A stretch of DNA of 64,000 nucleotides, taken from a virus (lineage: Duplodnaviria; Caudoviricetes). The notes beneath the pieces were generated by a model that ran no database searches, was not told the origin of the DNA, and saw only the letters and a program-made list of their open reading frames with translations. Positions 9,302-19,972 of the stretch are shown here, one piece after another. The stretch covers positions 32,001 to 96,000 of IMG/VR virus record IMGVR_UViG_3300032225_002102. The stretch is one strand, 5' to 3'. The stretch's first letter is position 1, and each line of letters begins with the position of its first letter. A program made the position numbers and the translations under genes.

Positions 9302-12013
9302 TTATTTAGTTTTATCTCCCATTATTCTTGAGTTAATTCCTGATTGAATTATCTCTCTTTCTTTTAAAGCTACCTTTTGTTGCTCCATTGATAGCTTTTG
9401 TTGGGTTTCTGTTCTTCTATTTTGTTCACGTTCTCTTTCTACATTTAATTTATCTTGTGATAAACCTAATTTAGAAACTTCATTGGATGCTTGAGATTGA
9501 AATTTTTGATATTCTAATGCATCTGGAATTTTATTTAGATCTTGATCTTTGTCTTGTTTGTAACCACTTGAACGAATAAATGCAACTTCTTTTTCTGCTT
9601 CTAATTTTGCATAGAATTGTTCTTGTTGTATTTTAATTCTTTCTTTTTCAATTTCTGTTTTAGCTTGTTCTTGTTGTTGTTGGAATTGTTGAATTTGTTG
9701 TTCACGTTCTGCTGCTTTCTCTTCTTCATATTTTACCACTTCAAGAATACGTTGAGCATTTGTCATTGAACCCATTTCCATTCTACTACTCATTAATGTA
9801 CCAGTAGTATTTAATTCCATTCCTAATTTTTTATACATTTCTAACTTACGTAACTCTTCTTGTGAATTAGTAACATATACATCTAAATCATAAAGTGTAA
9901 GATTCTGATAATTTGTTTTTAATAAACTTTGTGTAAGTATAGAATTTGAAAATTGAGCAGAATAATCTTTGTTGTTTGATTGTAACCATTGTGCTACTTG
10001 TAATTGATAATTAAGTATTTCACTCTCTAATTCGTAAAAATCTGTAAACCAACTTGCAGTTGCATTAAATGATTTAGTAATTGAAACATTAATTCCTGTT
10101 GCTGTATCTGATTGAGAAATATCTCCTAATCTTTCTGGAGTAAATCCTAGTTGAGATAAAGCTAATCCTCTAATTGCAGATGCAATATTTAAATGCTGAA
10201 TAATTCTAGGAGTTGTATCTAAATCAATTACTCTTGGAAATTGTCCTCCACTATTTGCACCAAGTGTATTTGAAGGTGAAGTATCCATCGGAGCAACTCC
10301 AGTAGCATTTCCAGTTTCAATCCACTTAATCAAAGATTCATCTCCTCCCCAATCTTTCTGATTAGGTAAAGTCCGAATATCATGTGCTACAAATGGAAGA
10401 ATACTTCTTTCAAGAATTTTATATGCTTTATTAAGAACTACATTGTATAAAAATTGATAAGGTTTAATTAAATCAACTTGTGATACAGATTTAGTATTTT
10501 TATTATTTGCAATTTGACCAAATATAGGAAGTGATTTAAACATTCCATCTTTACTCTGTGGTTGATACTCACATTTTTTAATATTAAAATAAATACCATG
10601 AGTATTTTGTCCAGTAGTATTATTATTGATTTTAGAACCCTCCATTATAATTGTTTTGTACATCCAAACAATTGTATTTAATTCAGGTTCATTTTGCATA
10701 TTATGATATGGAAGCTCTTTAATATATGAAGGAATAATAAAATCTTCATCTACTTCTAATACTTCAAATAAATCATTAGAAGGATTATTCCAACATAATC
10801 TACCTACTAATTCATAAGATTTCCAATATGCTTTAGTTACTACATATAATCTGTTACCATAAATATTATTATTTTCATAACTTGGTGGGAGTAAAGTACC
10901 ATAACTTAAATGATTCATACCTAAATTAGGTGCTAATCTATTAAGTAAGTTATTTGAAGAAGGTAAAAAAGTATTATATGGATTACCAGAAAAATCTAAA
11001 TAGTTTACAGAATTACCAAAAAAATCAGTTCTAGCTTTACTTTCTTTTAACTCTGTATTACTCATTGTTTCAAACGTAAGTAATTGTTTCTTAGTTAATT
11101 GATGTCCATATTTATCAATTATGAAAGAAGCAGATGCTAATTCTACAGTACCAGCATAATCTCCCTGTTGTACATATTGTATATTAGGAGATTTATGATA
11201 AAATACATTTACATAATTTAAAGGTTTTATTGATAAACCTGTTTTAGTTGTAGTTATTTCTCTAAATCTTCTACCAACAACTAAATAATCTTTAAATTCT
11301 TCTCTACGTAATTTTTTAATATTAAATCTTTCAATTTGTTTCTTTAACTCCTCCTCTGCCCATATTTCAAACTGGTGTCGAGGATTCATTTTCATATACA
11401 TTCCTATCTCTTCTGGAGTTCTTGCTTTCTTCATTTGCTCCATTTGTTGTTGAAATGCTTGTTCTTCCTCCTCTGATTGAAACTCTTCTGGAGTAACAAT
11501 TTGATTTTTTTGTAGATATTCTTGAAATGTTTTTGTAAGTTCTGCTTCAACATACTCATTAAGCATATCTAATTGAACTTGCATTTTATCATTTAAAATT
11601 TGTTCTCCTTTACCTACAACACCAAATGTATCAGGTGCTTGTTCAAATTCACCAACCTGTGTTTCAATAACAGAACGAAACATATCATAATGTTTTACAA
11701 ACTTAGGTAGTTTTCCATCAGCAATTAATTTATTTAAAGGTTCTGAAAAATCTTCTTCATCAGATTCTAAATAATCACTTTCTATAAATTCACCATTAAG
11801 TAATCGTTCATTATCAATAAGCTTTCTATGTTGCATATATTGAAAACGTGCAATGGATTCAAATGTATCCATATTACGTTTCTCCCAATTAGAAACACCA
11901 TTCTCATCTAAATTAGCTCTTTTTTCTTTACGAGATTTCATCTGAGGAGGAAGTGCATTATACATTCCAGCTCTTGTAAAGTTTTCTAAAAAAGGGTGTA
12001 CATCAAGAATCAT
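9302..12013 (-). CDS. Portal protein
   Basis: 903 aa directly after TerL; DLIKPYQ.LYN and GFTPERLG segments; Gln-rich C-terminal coiled coil. Confidence 0.8.
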   Translation of the reverse strand: MILDVHPFLENFTRAGMYNALPPQMKSRKEKRANLDENGVSNWEKRNMDTFESIARFQYMQHRKLIDNERLLNGEFIESDYLESDEEDFSEPLNKLIADGKLPKFVKHYDMFRSVIETQVGEFEQAPDTFGVVGKGEQILNDKMQVQLDMLNEYVEAELTKTFQEYLQKNQIVTPEEFQSEEEEQAFQQQMEQMKKARTPEEIGMYMKMNPRHQFEIWAEEELKKQIERFNIKKLRREEFKDYLVVGRRFREITTTKTGLSIKPLNYVNVFYHKSPNIQYVQQGDYAGTVELASASFIIDKYGHQLTKKQLLTFETMSNTELKESKARTDFFGNSVNYLDFSGNPYNTFLPSSNNLLNRLAPNLGMNHLSYGTLLPPSYENNNIYGNRLYVVTKAYWKSYELVGRLCWNNPSNDLFEVLEVDEDFIIPSYIKELPYHNMQNEPELNTIVWMYKTIIMEGSKINNNTTGQNTHGIYFNIKKCEYQPQSKDGMFKSLPIFGQIANNKNTKSVSQVDLIKPYQFLYNVVLNKAYKILERSILPFVAHDIRTLPNQKDWGGDESLIKWIETGNATGVAPMDTSPSNTLGANSGGQFPRVIDLDTTPRIIQHLNIASAIRGLALSQLGFTPERLGDISQSDTATGINVSITKSFNATASWFTDFYELESEILNYQLQVAQWLQSNNKDYSAQFSNSILTQSLLKTNYQNLTLYDLDVYVTNSQEELRKLEMYKKLGMELNTTGTLMSSRMEMGSMTNAQRILEVVKYEEEKAAEREQQIQQFQQQQEQAKTEIEKERIKIQQEQFYAKLEAEKEVAFIRSSGYKQDKDQDLNKIPDALEYQKFQSQASNEVSKLGLSQDKLNVEREREQNRRTETQQKLSMEQQKVALKEREIIQSGINSRIMGDKTK

Positions 12014-12082
12014 ATTTTTTATTAAAATTTTACTGCAAGATTAATCTTATTTGTTTAAACTTGCAAATTTTAATTTTTTATG

Positions 12083-15000
12083 TTAAATTGCAGATTTCTT
12101 ATAATTACTAAATCCCATACCAAAAGCATTGTTTGTAACTTTAGGTTTTTCTTTAACTTCAACTTTTTCAGATACATTAGGTCTATATTTAGATTCTTTT
12201 TTTAAATGTATTAAAGCATGTAGAAATGCAATTATAGCATCTTTATCAGAATAATCTCCATCAAAATTCATCAATTGTTTTACAAGATATGGATCAGGTA
12301 TTCTCCATAAACCTAATTTACCATCAGGTAATTCTTCTTCACAATAATCAATAATCAATTGTAATCCATAATTTTGTGTTCTAGGAGTAGGTCTTAATCC
12401 TTTACTATTATAAGAATTAGCATTTGGATTTATTTCTCTTGATAAAGTATAAGTATCTTCTAAATAATGAGATTTGTTTTTTTCTGAAAAATGTTGGGTT
12501 AAATTATCATCAGAAGCTTCATGTAATAATGTAATACAACCTGATTCTGCACCATAAAATTCTAATGAGTTTGTAAGAATTTTCCTAAAATGAGATATAT
12601 CCTTTCTACCATTATACCAAGCAACAATTCTATTATTATAAGAATCTGAATAATCAGAAGTTTCTCTCCTCATTATGTAAAAACTACCTAATGATGCAGA
12701 TTCTGCTGTTTTTACTGTATTAAAGGGGTCACTTCCAGCACAATATAACTTTGTACCTCTTAATAATCTAGGTTCATCTACTACACATAATGGAGAATCA
12801 AATAAAGCACTATTATTCTTTTGATATGGATAATCAAATAAAGGAAGTTTAGAAGAATTGTAAGATTTATTTTGTTCATCAAAATCTATTTTTTTAATTT
12901 CAATAGATTCTAAATATTTAAGAAGTTTTTCAAACTCAACTCTAAATGTAGAAAAAGGATTATCTGCTGTTTTAAGAAACATTGAATTTATATCTCGTGG
13001 AAAGAAAATCCTTTGATCATTATAATCAGATAATTTTCCAGTATCGAGTAACAATTTTTCCTCTTTATCTAGTACAATATTAGCATATTCAAAATCAGTA
13101 GCTTCAATTGTAAGTTTATCTAAACAAGAACCTCTTTCTATTTTAATTCCTGTTCTTTCTAAATAATCTACAAATGGAATTTCTTTTTTAAAATCTGCTC
13201 TATACCAACCTCCCATAAACCTACCAACCTTTTTACCTTCATAATCAAATTCAAGTAGTTCATTTGCTTCGGGATTTAAAAAGAAACTTTCAGCATCTTT
13301 AGATAACTCTGCTTCTCCTCCTGTAAAACTAAAAAATCCAGCATTTCTATATCCATATTTACCTTTAAATGCAGGTTTAATAGCATTCCAAGATTGTTTA
13401 AAAGGAAATTTAGCAATCTCATCGTATGCAAAAAAAGACAAAGATTTACCACTACCTACTTGTGCATTATTTCCACCTGCTGTAATATATAGGTATAAAC
13501 GAGCATGAATATTATCTGTATTATCCATTTCTTTATACCCATAACGTATCTCATCTTTTCTCCAATCATTATCTAAAGGTGGAACTATTAAAAATTTTTC
13601 ACCATTATCTGTAGCAATCTTGGATTTTTTACTAAATGTAGATTTATCATTTGAAGAACCAAATAGTAGTAAAGCTTCAGTATTTTTATATAAATTAATC
13701 TCTCTCATTGTAAGAGAAACTAGCGTATCAGTATTGTGAGTAATAGTAAAACCATCAGTTAAAAATAAATGAGATTCATTATTTACTTCAATACAAGTAG
13801 TATAATCGTCATATACATACTCAATATTTTCTATTGAAATTCTATTGTTAAATCTAGAAATACTCTGTCTTTCATATTTTCTTTTTAATTTAAATATAGG
13901 TATATCTGTATATATTTGTAAACCATAACTTAATTTACCTTGTTTTTTTTCACCTTTATAAGTATAACATGATTGTTTTTTAGATATTTTACATCCCATA
14001 CCTAAACTTCTAACTATAAATTCTAAATCTTTAATTAAAGTGTAATTAGAATTAGTAAAAGAAGAACTGCCTTTTGTACATGTACCATCACTATCCATAC
14101 AACCTTTTAAAAATTCCAATCTTTGTTCAAAAGAACCATATTTATAAATATCAGGTACATGTTTGTTTTTAATTAAATTTAATCTTTTTAAATGTTTATT
14201 AAAAATATTATTACCATCTTTAGAAACAATATTATAATGAGAAGCTTTATTATTTCTTAATTTATAATCATATTTAGAAATATTCATATCTAATAATTCT
14301 GCTTGTTGATAAATATAATCTACAATTTCAGAATCCATTGTTGTTATAGCAAATCTTCTTGCATCACCATCACCTGTCCAAATTCCAAATAAATAAGGAT
14401 CAATTGGTAATTCTTTTTCAATATAATTAATAGACTTACATAAATCAATTGAATATCTCCAAGCAAAAGAATTTTTTCTTTTTTCCCAACTTTTTCTATA
14501 ACATTTAAAATCAACTAATAACTCTCTAGTTGTTTTAACTGAATATTTATTTTTATAATGGTCAAAAACATACCAATTATGATCTAATCCACAAAAAAGT
14601 TCTCTACCATCTAACATAGTAATTTTATATACAGGTTTTATTCCTTGTGGATATACACCTATAACTTCTGTTAAATTTCCAGAATCATCAAATATTTTTT
14701 CTCCTATTTTTATTTCTCCTATTGTGGTAGTAGAATCCTCTTTATACAATAAAGAACTATTTAATAAATCCTTACTTATCTGACGAGAACCTGATATACA
14801 ATAATGTTTTTTCTCTTTCTGTGCTCTATAAAAATCATTATGTATAATCCATCCATTATCTCTCAAGTAAGGATTTGCAACAGTTCTTCCTTTAGGAGTA
14901 TCTAATTCAATCTTGTGGAAATTTAAATCATAATATAAAGTTGGAGGAATAAAAACCCCATTTACATTTAATCCCTCATCACATTTCTTAAATTCATTTA

Positions 15001-15118
15001 ATACAAATGCTTCTCTATGAATACTATTTTCAGGTGGTATATCAGACTTTTTTAAATTAATAAAAAATTCAGGAGTTTTTATATTAAAAATTGTACTATC
15101 ATGTTTCAATTGTTTCAT
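12083..15118 (-). CDS. terL: Terminase large subunit containing an intein
   Basis: Walker A GSRQISK|T split by intein, Walker B FAYDEIAK, RNase H-like nuclease AGSDPF and C-terminal DKDAI. Confidence 0.9.
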   Translation of the reverse strand: MKQLKHDSTIFNIKTPEFFINLKKSDIPPENSIHREAFVLNEFKKCDEGLNVNGVFIPPTLYYDLNFHKIELDTPKGRTVANPYLRDNGWIIHNDFYRAQKEKKHYCISGSRQISKDLLNSSLLYKEDSTTTIGEIKIGEKIFDDSGNLTEVIGVYPQGIKPVYKITMLDGRELFCGLDHNWYVFDHYKNKYSVKTTRELLVDFKCYRKSWEKRKNSFAWRYSIDLCKSINYIEKELPIDPYLFGIWTGDGDARRFAITTMDSEIVDYIYQQAELLDMNISKYDYKLRNNKASHYNIVSKDGNNIFNKHLKRLNLIKNKHVPDIYKYGSFEQRLEFLKGCMDSDGTCTKGSSSFTNSNYTLIKDLEFIVRSLGMGCKISKKQSCYTYKGEKKQGKLSYGLQIYTDIPIFKLKRKYERQSISRFNNRISIENIEYVYDDYTTCIEVNNESHLFLTDGFTITHNTDTLVSLTMREINLYKNTEALLLFGSSNDKSTFSKKSKIATDNGEKFLIVPPLDNDWRKDEIRYGYKEMDNTDNIHARLYLYITAGGNNAQVGSGKSLSFFAYDEIAKFPFKQSWNAIKPAFKGKYGYRNAGFFSFTGGEAELSKDAESFFLNPEANELLEFDYEGKKVGRFMGGWYRADFKKEIPFVDYLERTGIKIERGSCLDKLTIEATDFEYANIVLDKEEKLLLDTGKLSDYNDQRIFFPRDINSMFLKTADNPFSTFRVEFEKLLKYLESIEIKKIDFDEQNKSYNSSKLPLFDYPYQKNNSALFDSPLCVVDEPRLLRGTKLYCAGSDPFNTVKTAESASLGSFYIMRRETSDYSDSYNNRIVAWYNGRKDISHFRKILTNSLEFYGAESGCITLLHEASDDNLTQHFSEKNKSHYLEDTYTLSREINPNANSYNSKGLRPTPRTQNYGLQLIIDYCEEELPDGKLGLWRIPDPYLVKQLMNFDGDYSDKDAIIAFLHALIHLKKESKYRPNVSEKVEVKEKPKVTNNAFGMGFSNYKKSAI
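13733..14770 (-). mobile_element. Class 3-type intein (346 aa) with LAGLIDADG endonuclease in TerL
   Basis: Begins DLLNSS after Walker A Lys, ends ITHN|T; HNW, TCIEV; GIWTGDG and LKGCMDSDG motifs. Confidence 0.9.
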
Positions 15119-15683
15119 TTCTTACAAAATTAATTTTTAATCTTTCTGATAATCCTTCTTTACCTTTTACTTGAACTTCTACTGTATTATTCTCTAATTG
15201 ATCAATCATTGGTTTTAATTCAAGTAATATTTTAAATATTCTACTTCTTGTTTTAATTTGAGTTGGAGCATTTGCACAGATAAGTACATCTTCATAAGAT
15301 ACTCCCTTTTTACTCACTTTAGCTACTCTATGATACCTATGTTCTATTTCAGATGCAGGTCTTGCTTCATAATAATTTTTAATATCATTAATTTTTTCTT
15401 TAACTTGTTCTAATGAATATTGAATAAATGTACTATCTCCTTCTATTTGTTTAATAGATTTGAGTTGTTCTACAGTTTCTTTTAATACAACAATAGTAGC
15501 ATCCATCTTTGCTTCGATAGATGCTACTACACTTGCTTTAATTTGTCCTGTAGAACTTGTTATATATTCAATATCATCTGTTAGATTATCTAAATCAAAT
15601 TTATTAGTAGCATCTAAATTGTTACCAATTTCTCGTTTAGAATCCTCAAGATTTAAACTTTTATAACTGTTCTTCTTTGCCAT
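15099..15683 (-). CDS. Possible terminase small subunit
   Basis: Helical 194 aa overlapping terL start; positional inference only. Confidence 0.35.
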   Translation of the reverse strand: MAKKNSYKSLNLEDSKREIGNNLDATNKFDLDNLTDDIEYITSSTGQIKASVVASIEAKMDATIVVLKETVEQLKSIKQIEGDSTFIQYSLEQVKEKINDIKNYYEARPASEIEHRYHRVAKVSKKGVSYEDVLICANAPTQIKTRSRIFKILLELKPMIDQLENNTVEVQVKGKEGLSERLKINFVRNETIET

Positions 15684-16035
15684 TTATAATACACATTTCA
15701 AATTCTTCTTGTGTGATAAAAATAATTTCTTTTAATTCATCCGTTGAGAAAAATTCAGTTTCTAATTCCCCATTTTGTACCTTAACACTTGCTTCTTGTG
15801 CTTCTTTAAAAAATAACTCAATAGCTTCTAAATCAGTTAATGGAATATCTTCTTTTTGAATAATTTCATTCTGATATTTTTCTACTAGTTTATTCTGTTC
15901 AGGAGTTAATTCTTTACTGAATTTAAAACTAGGATTTTTTTCTAAAAATCTTGCTCTTGAAGCTTTTGCATAATTATCAAGTTTTGTGATAATTAAATTG
16001 TGATATTGCAATTGATCTAATATGAAGTTTTTCAT
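15661..16035 (-). CDS. Hypothetical protein
   Basis: ORF coupled to neighbours. Confidence 0.55.
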   Translation of the reverse strand: MKNFILDQLQYHNLIITKLDNYAKASRARFLEKNPSFKFSKELTPEQNKLVEKYQNEIIQKEDIPLTDLEAIELFFKEAQEASVKVQNGELETEFFSTDELKEIIFITQEEFEMCIINGKEEQL

Positions 16036-16307
16036 TTAACAGTTGCTTTTAAAAGTATAAAATCTGAATTTCCTTTTGGATAATTAATTGATACAACAGA
16101 AAGTTTTTCTCCATATTGATTCATATCCAAAAAAAGCTTTAATTCTTTTTTATCTCTATCATACATTTTACGTGTACATGAACAGTTTACAATAAAATTA
16201 TCTACAGATAAATTTTCATTTCCTAAATAATTAAAAATTACATCGTGTGTAGTATTATATTTTACTTCACCAAAATGATGTTCTTTTTTATTCCATAATT
16301 GTTCCAT
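16032..16307 (-). CDS. DUF1573-like Ig-fold protein
   Basis: HHFGEV...CSCT pattern resembling Bacteroidota DUF1573. Confidence 0.5.
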   Translation of the reverse strand: MEQLWNKKEHHFGEVKYNTTHDVIFNYLGNENLSVDNFIVNCSCTRKMYDRDKKELKLFLDMNQYGEKLSVVSINYPKGNSDFILLKATVK

Positions 16308-16311
16308 TGTT

Positions 16312-16695
16312 TTATTTTTTATTGTTTTCTAATTTAAATAATTCCCAATTATACTTATTCATCATCTTAGGATAACAAGCTGTTGTTCTACCTGTTACAT
16401 AGTTTTTAATATAATCATCTTTTACCTTTTCAAGTGAACATCCTTTATCTGCAAAATATAATCCTTGTGTTATAGAACATCCACACCAAAGACAACTTCC
16501 ATTTTGAGTACATTGCTTTGCTTCATAAAACCTATAAAGAAATTGTTCTTCAATATGCTTACGTATAAACAAAGGAAAATATAACCATAAAAACATACGT
16601 AAATTTCCTTGAACATAATACCAAATATTTATTGGATCTTCTTTAATTAATATCCAATAAGATTTTAAATTCTCAAGTTTGTCTTTAATTTTCAT
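16312..16695 (-). CDS. Putative Zn-binding protein
   Basis: C-x4-C-x2-CGC...C...CYP. Confidence 0.5.
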   Translation of the reverse strand: MKIKDKLENLKSYWILIKEDPINIWYYVQGNLRMFLWLYFPLFIRKHIEEQFLYRFYEAKQCTQNGSCLWCGCSITQGLYFADKGCSLEKVKDDYIKNYVTGRTTACYPKMMNKYNWELFKLENNKK

Positions 16696-17027
16696 CCTTT
16701 CATTCTTTTATGTTTGAATTTTAAATTGTACTCTGTGATAAATCCTCTAAGTTTTTCGTATTTTTTAATTTTTTTAATAATTTTAACACGTTGCTTTACA
16801 TCAGTTTCTTTTTCTAATAATTGATTTGCTTTTATTTGTCTTGCTATAACAGGAGATAAATTAACACAAAATACTCCTAATCCTGGATAATTAAGAAATT
16901 GCCAATCTATATTGTATAAATTAAACATTAAATACTCATCAATGAATTGATTATACATTTCCATTGATTGATTATCTGTTAAATTATACTTCTCTCCTAT
17001 TCGTTTAACAATATCTTTCTCAAGCAT
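16692..17027 (-). CDS. HU/IHF-like DNA-binding protein
   Basis: Two N-terminal helices then PGLGVF turn typical of HU/IHF fold. Confidence 0.55.
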   Translation of the reverse strand: MLEKDIVKRIGEKYNLTDNQSMEMYNQFIDEYLMFNLYNIDWQFLNYPGLGVFCVNLSPVIARQIKANQLLEKETDVKQRVKIIKKIKKYEKLRGFITEYNLKFKHKRMKG

Positions 17028-17370
17028 TTTTAACTAAACATTTAATCATAAAAATCAACTCATTATCTTGAATCTTTAAACTATTAAATGGTTCTATTAC
17101 CTCCCATTTCTTACTCGCAGTTTTAATAATGAGTTTTTTATTAACTAATGAAGATTTAGCATTATCAATTATTTGCTTATCCTTTACTAATTTATTATCT
17201 AAAATAAATTGATAAGTTTCATCTTTAATACCTTGAATACAAAAGTAAGTTAAAACTAAAAATTCTTGATTTCTTAATTTTATGTTATTTAATAAACAAT
17301 GTATTTTAATATATTTATCCCACAATGAATAAATAGAAGGATAAACATATACCTTCTTATACGGATTCAT
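17020..17370 (-). CDS. Putative winged-helix DNA-binding protein
   Basis: IDNAKSSLVNKKLIIK helix-wing pattern. Confidence 0.4.
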   Translation of the reverse strand: MNPYKKVYVYPSIYSLWDKYIKIHCLLNNIKLRNQEFLVLTYFCIQGIKDETYQFILDNKLVKDKQIIDNAKSSLVNKKLIIKTASKKWEVIEPFNSLKIQDNELIFMIKCLVKNA

Positions 17371-17752
17371 GTGTTAGTTTTTTATAAGTGTTTAAAAATA
17401 AATCCCACTCTTCTTCAGAACTAAAATACATTCCACCAACTCTTTCGATTGTACCAAATGAGTTAGCATTTGCTTTATTTAAACAAAGTGTTTTGTATTC
17501 TTTTCTTGTAATTTTTGTAGCTGGGTTAGAATAATCTTCAGGAAGAATATTTAAGAAAGAATGAATAGTAAGAAGTTTACTTACAAGTGTAAGTTCTTTT
17601 TGAAACCTTTCAACTGTTTTAGGATTGTTATGAGCAATATTATCTACTTTCTTTCTATCAATAGATAAAGATTTATCAAAATACTTGAGATTCTTAATCT
17701 TTTGAAGTAATTGTTTTTCAGAAATCATTTTATAAGTGATATGTTTCTGCAA
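17357..17752 (-). CDS. Hypothetical protein (likely start 17728)
   Basis: ORF; TATATTTG promoter at 17750-17757 overlaps the track start. Confidence 0.5.
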   Translation of the reverse strand: MQKHITYKMISEKQLLQKIKNLKYFDKSLSIDRKKVDNIAHNNPKTVERFQKELTLVSKLLTIHSFLNILPEDYSNPATKITRKEYKTLCLNKANANSFGTIERVGGMYFSSEEEWDLFLNTYKKLTHESV

Positions 17753-17809
17753 ATATAATAATAAATAAAATTAAAAAACAAGTTTTTAATAAAATATTTT
17801 AAAAAATAA

Positions 17810-17840
17810 AAAACTCACCTCTATTAAAAGTGAGTTTCTT
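17810..17840 (-). terminator. Intrinsic terminator
   Basis: aaactcac/gtgagttt stem with T-tract on minus strand. Confidence 0.55.
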
Positions 17841-17850
17841 TATTATTTGT

Positions 17851-18612
17851 TTAGAATGTTTTCTGAGTACCACTGAAGCATCTGTTTTTAAATTTTTTTT
17901 TTAATTGTCGCTCTTTTCTTTTTTCTAAAAATAAATACATTAAATTATTTTTTCTTAATCTACTATAAAGTGTACCTCTATCTATATTTAATAAATTAGA
18001 ACACTCAATTACATTTTTACTTTTATTAATTGCTTCTAATAATTTATCTAAAGGAATATCAATATATCTTTTGGATTCAAAAGTACTTCCTTGTGTATAT
18101 ATAAATAAACATTGTTTTCCACAAAAATGCAATCCCATTTTATTATACTTTAAAATTCTTATTCTTTTATTAAATAATTTTTTACAAGAAAAGCATTGAA
18201 CTTCAATTCTTTCAGCTATCAACTCTCTTACTCTTTTTTTCTGGGATTCACTTTGATTTTTTCTTTGTTCTAGTGTCCATTTTGCACCTAAACCAGTTTC
18301 TCCACCTATTGTTAAATTATAACCTTTTTTATAAGTGTTGTGTAATTTTATATATTTTATTTCTAAATTGCTTAGTATAAATTTTACTTCAGTTTTATTT
18401 TCATTAATTTCAAAAGAATCTAAAATTGTTAATTTAAAATTTTCTATCCCATTATATTTAATAATTGCATTATAAAATTTTCTACCTATAGAGTTTTTCT
18501 TTTTCCTTTTATAAATAGAAAATCTTGCTTTAAAATCTATAGATTGTCCAATATAACTTTTACCCGAAGGAGAAGTAAACATGTAAATTACTGCTAAATT
18601 TTTATACTCCAT
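17851..18612 (-). CDS. GIY-YIG homing endonuclease
   Basis: VIYMFTSPSGKSYIGQS...R, GYNLT.GG, C-terminal HTH. Confidence 0.85.
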   Translation of the reverse strand: MEYKNLAVIYMFTSPSGKSYIGQSIDFKARFSIYKRKKKNSIGRKFYNAIIKYNGIENFKLTILDSFEINENKTEVKFILSNLEIKYIKLHNTYKKGYNLTIGGETGLGAKWTLEQRKNQSESQKKRVRELIAERIEVQCFSCKKLFNKRIRILKYNKMGLHFCGKQCLFIYTQGSTFESKRYIDIPLDKLLEAINKSKNVIECSNLLNIDRGTLYSRLRKNNLMYLFLEKRKERQLKKKFKNRCFSGTQKTF

Positions 18613-19540
18613 TAGTTAAATTATTTTTATAATATAATAACATATCTATTATTTCTTTTTTCATATAAGGGACTTCATAAGTTTTACTATTTGTTTGTTT
18701 ATAAATTTCATCACCAATTTCTTGCAAATCAAACCATTCAAATTCAATAAAATCAACTTCATATCCAAACTGTTCTAACATATAACCATATAAACTTAAT
18801 TGTAAAAAATAATGTATTTTATTACAATCTTCTAAATGAGAAATAGGATTTTTCATTTTTTGATATTGATTACCCTCTTTTATCTCAATATTAGTTTTCC
18901 AATCTCGAATAATTACTTTACGATTTTCTAAAACTATTATCTGATCTGCTGTTCCTGCTAATCTAAATTCTGGTAATATAAGTTTTAATTCTACATGAGT
19001 ACCTGGTTCAAGATTATACCAATCAATGTTAGAATGTTGTGGAATTACAGGGTACTCTTTACCATTAAAGTTAAATAACTTATCTTTAAACTGTTTATCT
19101 TCTTTAGCTAGATGAAATGCACTACCTTTTCTTGTACTTTTCTTATTCCCCTCTACCCAATTATTCTTAATTAATTTACATACCCTAAGAATCTCATCTT
19201 GTTCTCTATAAGAAAACACATTTATAAATAATTTATCATCTTTATTACATTGAGATAATCCATATCTTTGATATTGTTTGTATTCACTTTCAGAAAAAAT
19301 TACATTCCCAATTAAATCATTTAACTCACTATTGTATTTTTTAATCTTAGCTGGTTTATCTATATCTGATAAATATTGAAGTGATTTATAAATTAACCAA
19401 AATTGTTCTTGATCTTCAAAGTGATTATAAAAATGTCCTAAGAATTGTGTAGCTGATTCATATCTTAATCCTTCTTTATTTGTATATGTATGTGTGGGTT
19501 CACAGAAGAATAATTCTTCCTTTAAAAATAATGATTTCAT
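18602..19540 (-). CDS. PD-(D/E)XK exonuclease
   Basis: HTY, G..FH, E...LAGTAD...DWKT, QLSLY motifs. Confidence 0.8.
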   Translation of the reverse strand: MKSLFLKEELFFCEPTHTYTNKEGLRYESATQFLGHFYNHFEDQEQFWLIYKSLQYLSDIDKPAKIKKYNSELNDLIGNVIFSESEYKQYQRYGLSQCNKDDKLFINVFSYREQDEILRVCKLIKNNWVEGNKKSTRKGSAFHLAKEDKQFKDKLFNFNGKEYPVIPQHSNIDWYNLEPGTHVELKLILPEFRLAGTADQIIVLENRKVIIRDWKTNIEIKEGNQYQKMKNPISHLEDCNKIHYFLQLSLYGYMLEQFGYEVDFIEFEWFDLQEIGDEIYKQTNSKTYEVPYMKKEIIDMLLYYKNNLTNGV

Positions 19541-19542
19541 AA

Positions 19543-19794
19543 TTAATTAAAAAATTGTGAGTTTAAACTAAATTTATTTTTCTTACTTGTAGCAAATAAA
19601 ACTTTACTATCTAATAACCCCCCTACTGCTTTCTTAAACGTGTTAAGAGAAACCTTTACATCTTCAGTATATTGTTTATGTGTTATTTCAATCACATCTT
19701 CTTGTGGAGTTTGTAATTGAATCCATATTAATAAATTTTTACTAGATTGAGTGAGATTCAATAACTCATCTTTTTTATTTAAATTTAATTTCAT
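19543..19794 (-). CDS. Small RepL-like winged-helix protein
   Basis: TFKKAVGGLLDSKVL...FSLNS pattern parallels the 22906 gene. Confidence 0.45.
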   Translation of the reverse strand: MKLNLNKKDELLNLTQSSKNLLIWIQLQTPQEDVIEITHKQYTEDVKVSLNTFKKAVGGLLDSKVLFATSKKNKFSLNSQFFN

Positions 19795-19814
19795 TCTTTA
19801 AATATTTAGTTTTA

Positions 19815-19845
19815 CAAAGATATGTCAAATTTTGATAGAAACAAA
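19815..19845 (-). promoter_or_regulatory. Bacteroidota primary-sigma promoter
   Basis: TATCTTTG (-7) at 19815-19822 and TTTG (-33) at 19842-19845 on minus strand. Confidence 0.7.
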
Positions 19846-19972
19846 TCTATTTGAAAATATTTACTTTTTACTAGATAAAGTTAAATTATTTAGTAATATA
19901 TCAATACCCTGTATGTTTAGAGTTTAAAATTAATACCCCCTATATATAAAAAGAGAGATTATTCTTCCTCTC

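Noticed and set aside
116-15859. Plus-strand ORFs inside the structural module (116, 333, 7756, 8459, 8680, 15460, 15677)
   Set aside because: Antisense shadows of well-supported genes
18602-19540. Cas4 as part of a CRISPR system
   Set aside because: Generic phage PD-(D/E)XK exonuclease; no Cas4 Fe-S Cys cluster evident and no cas operon
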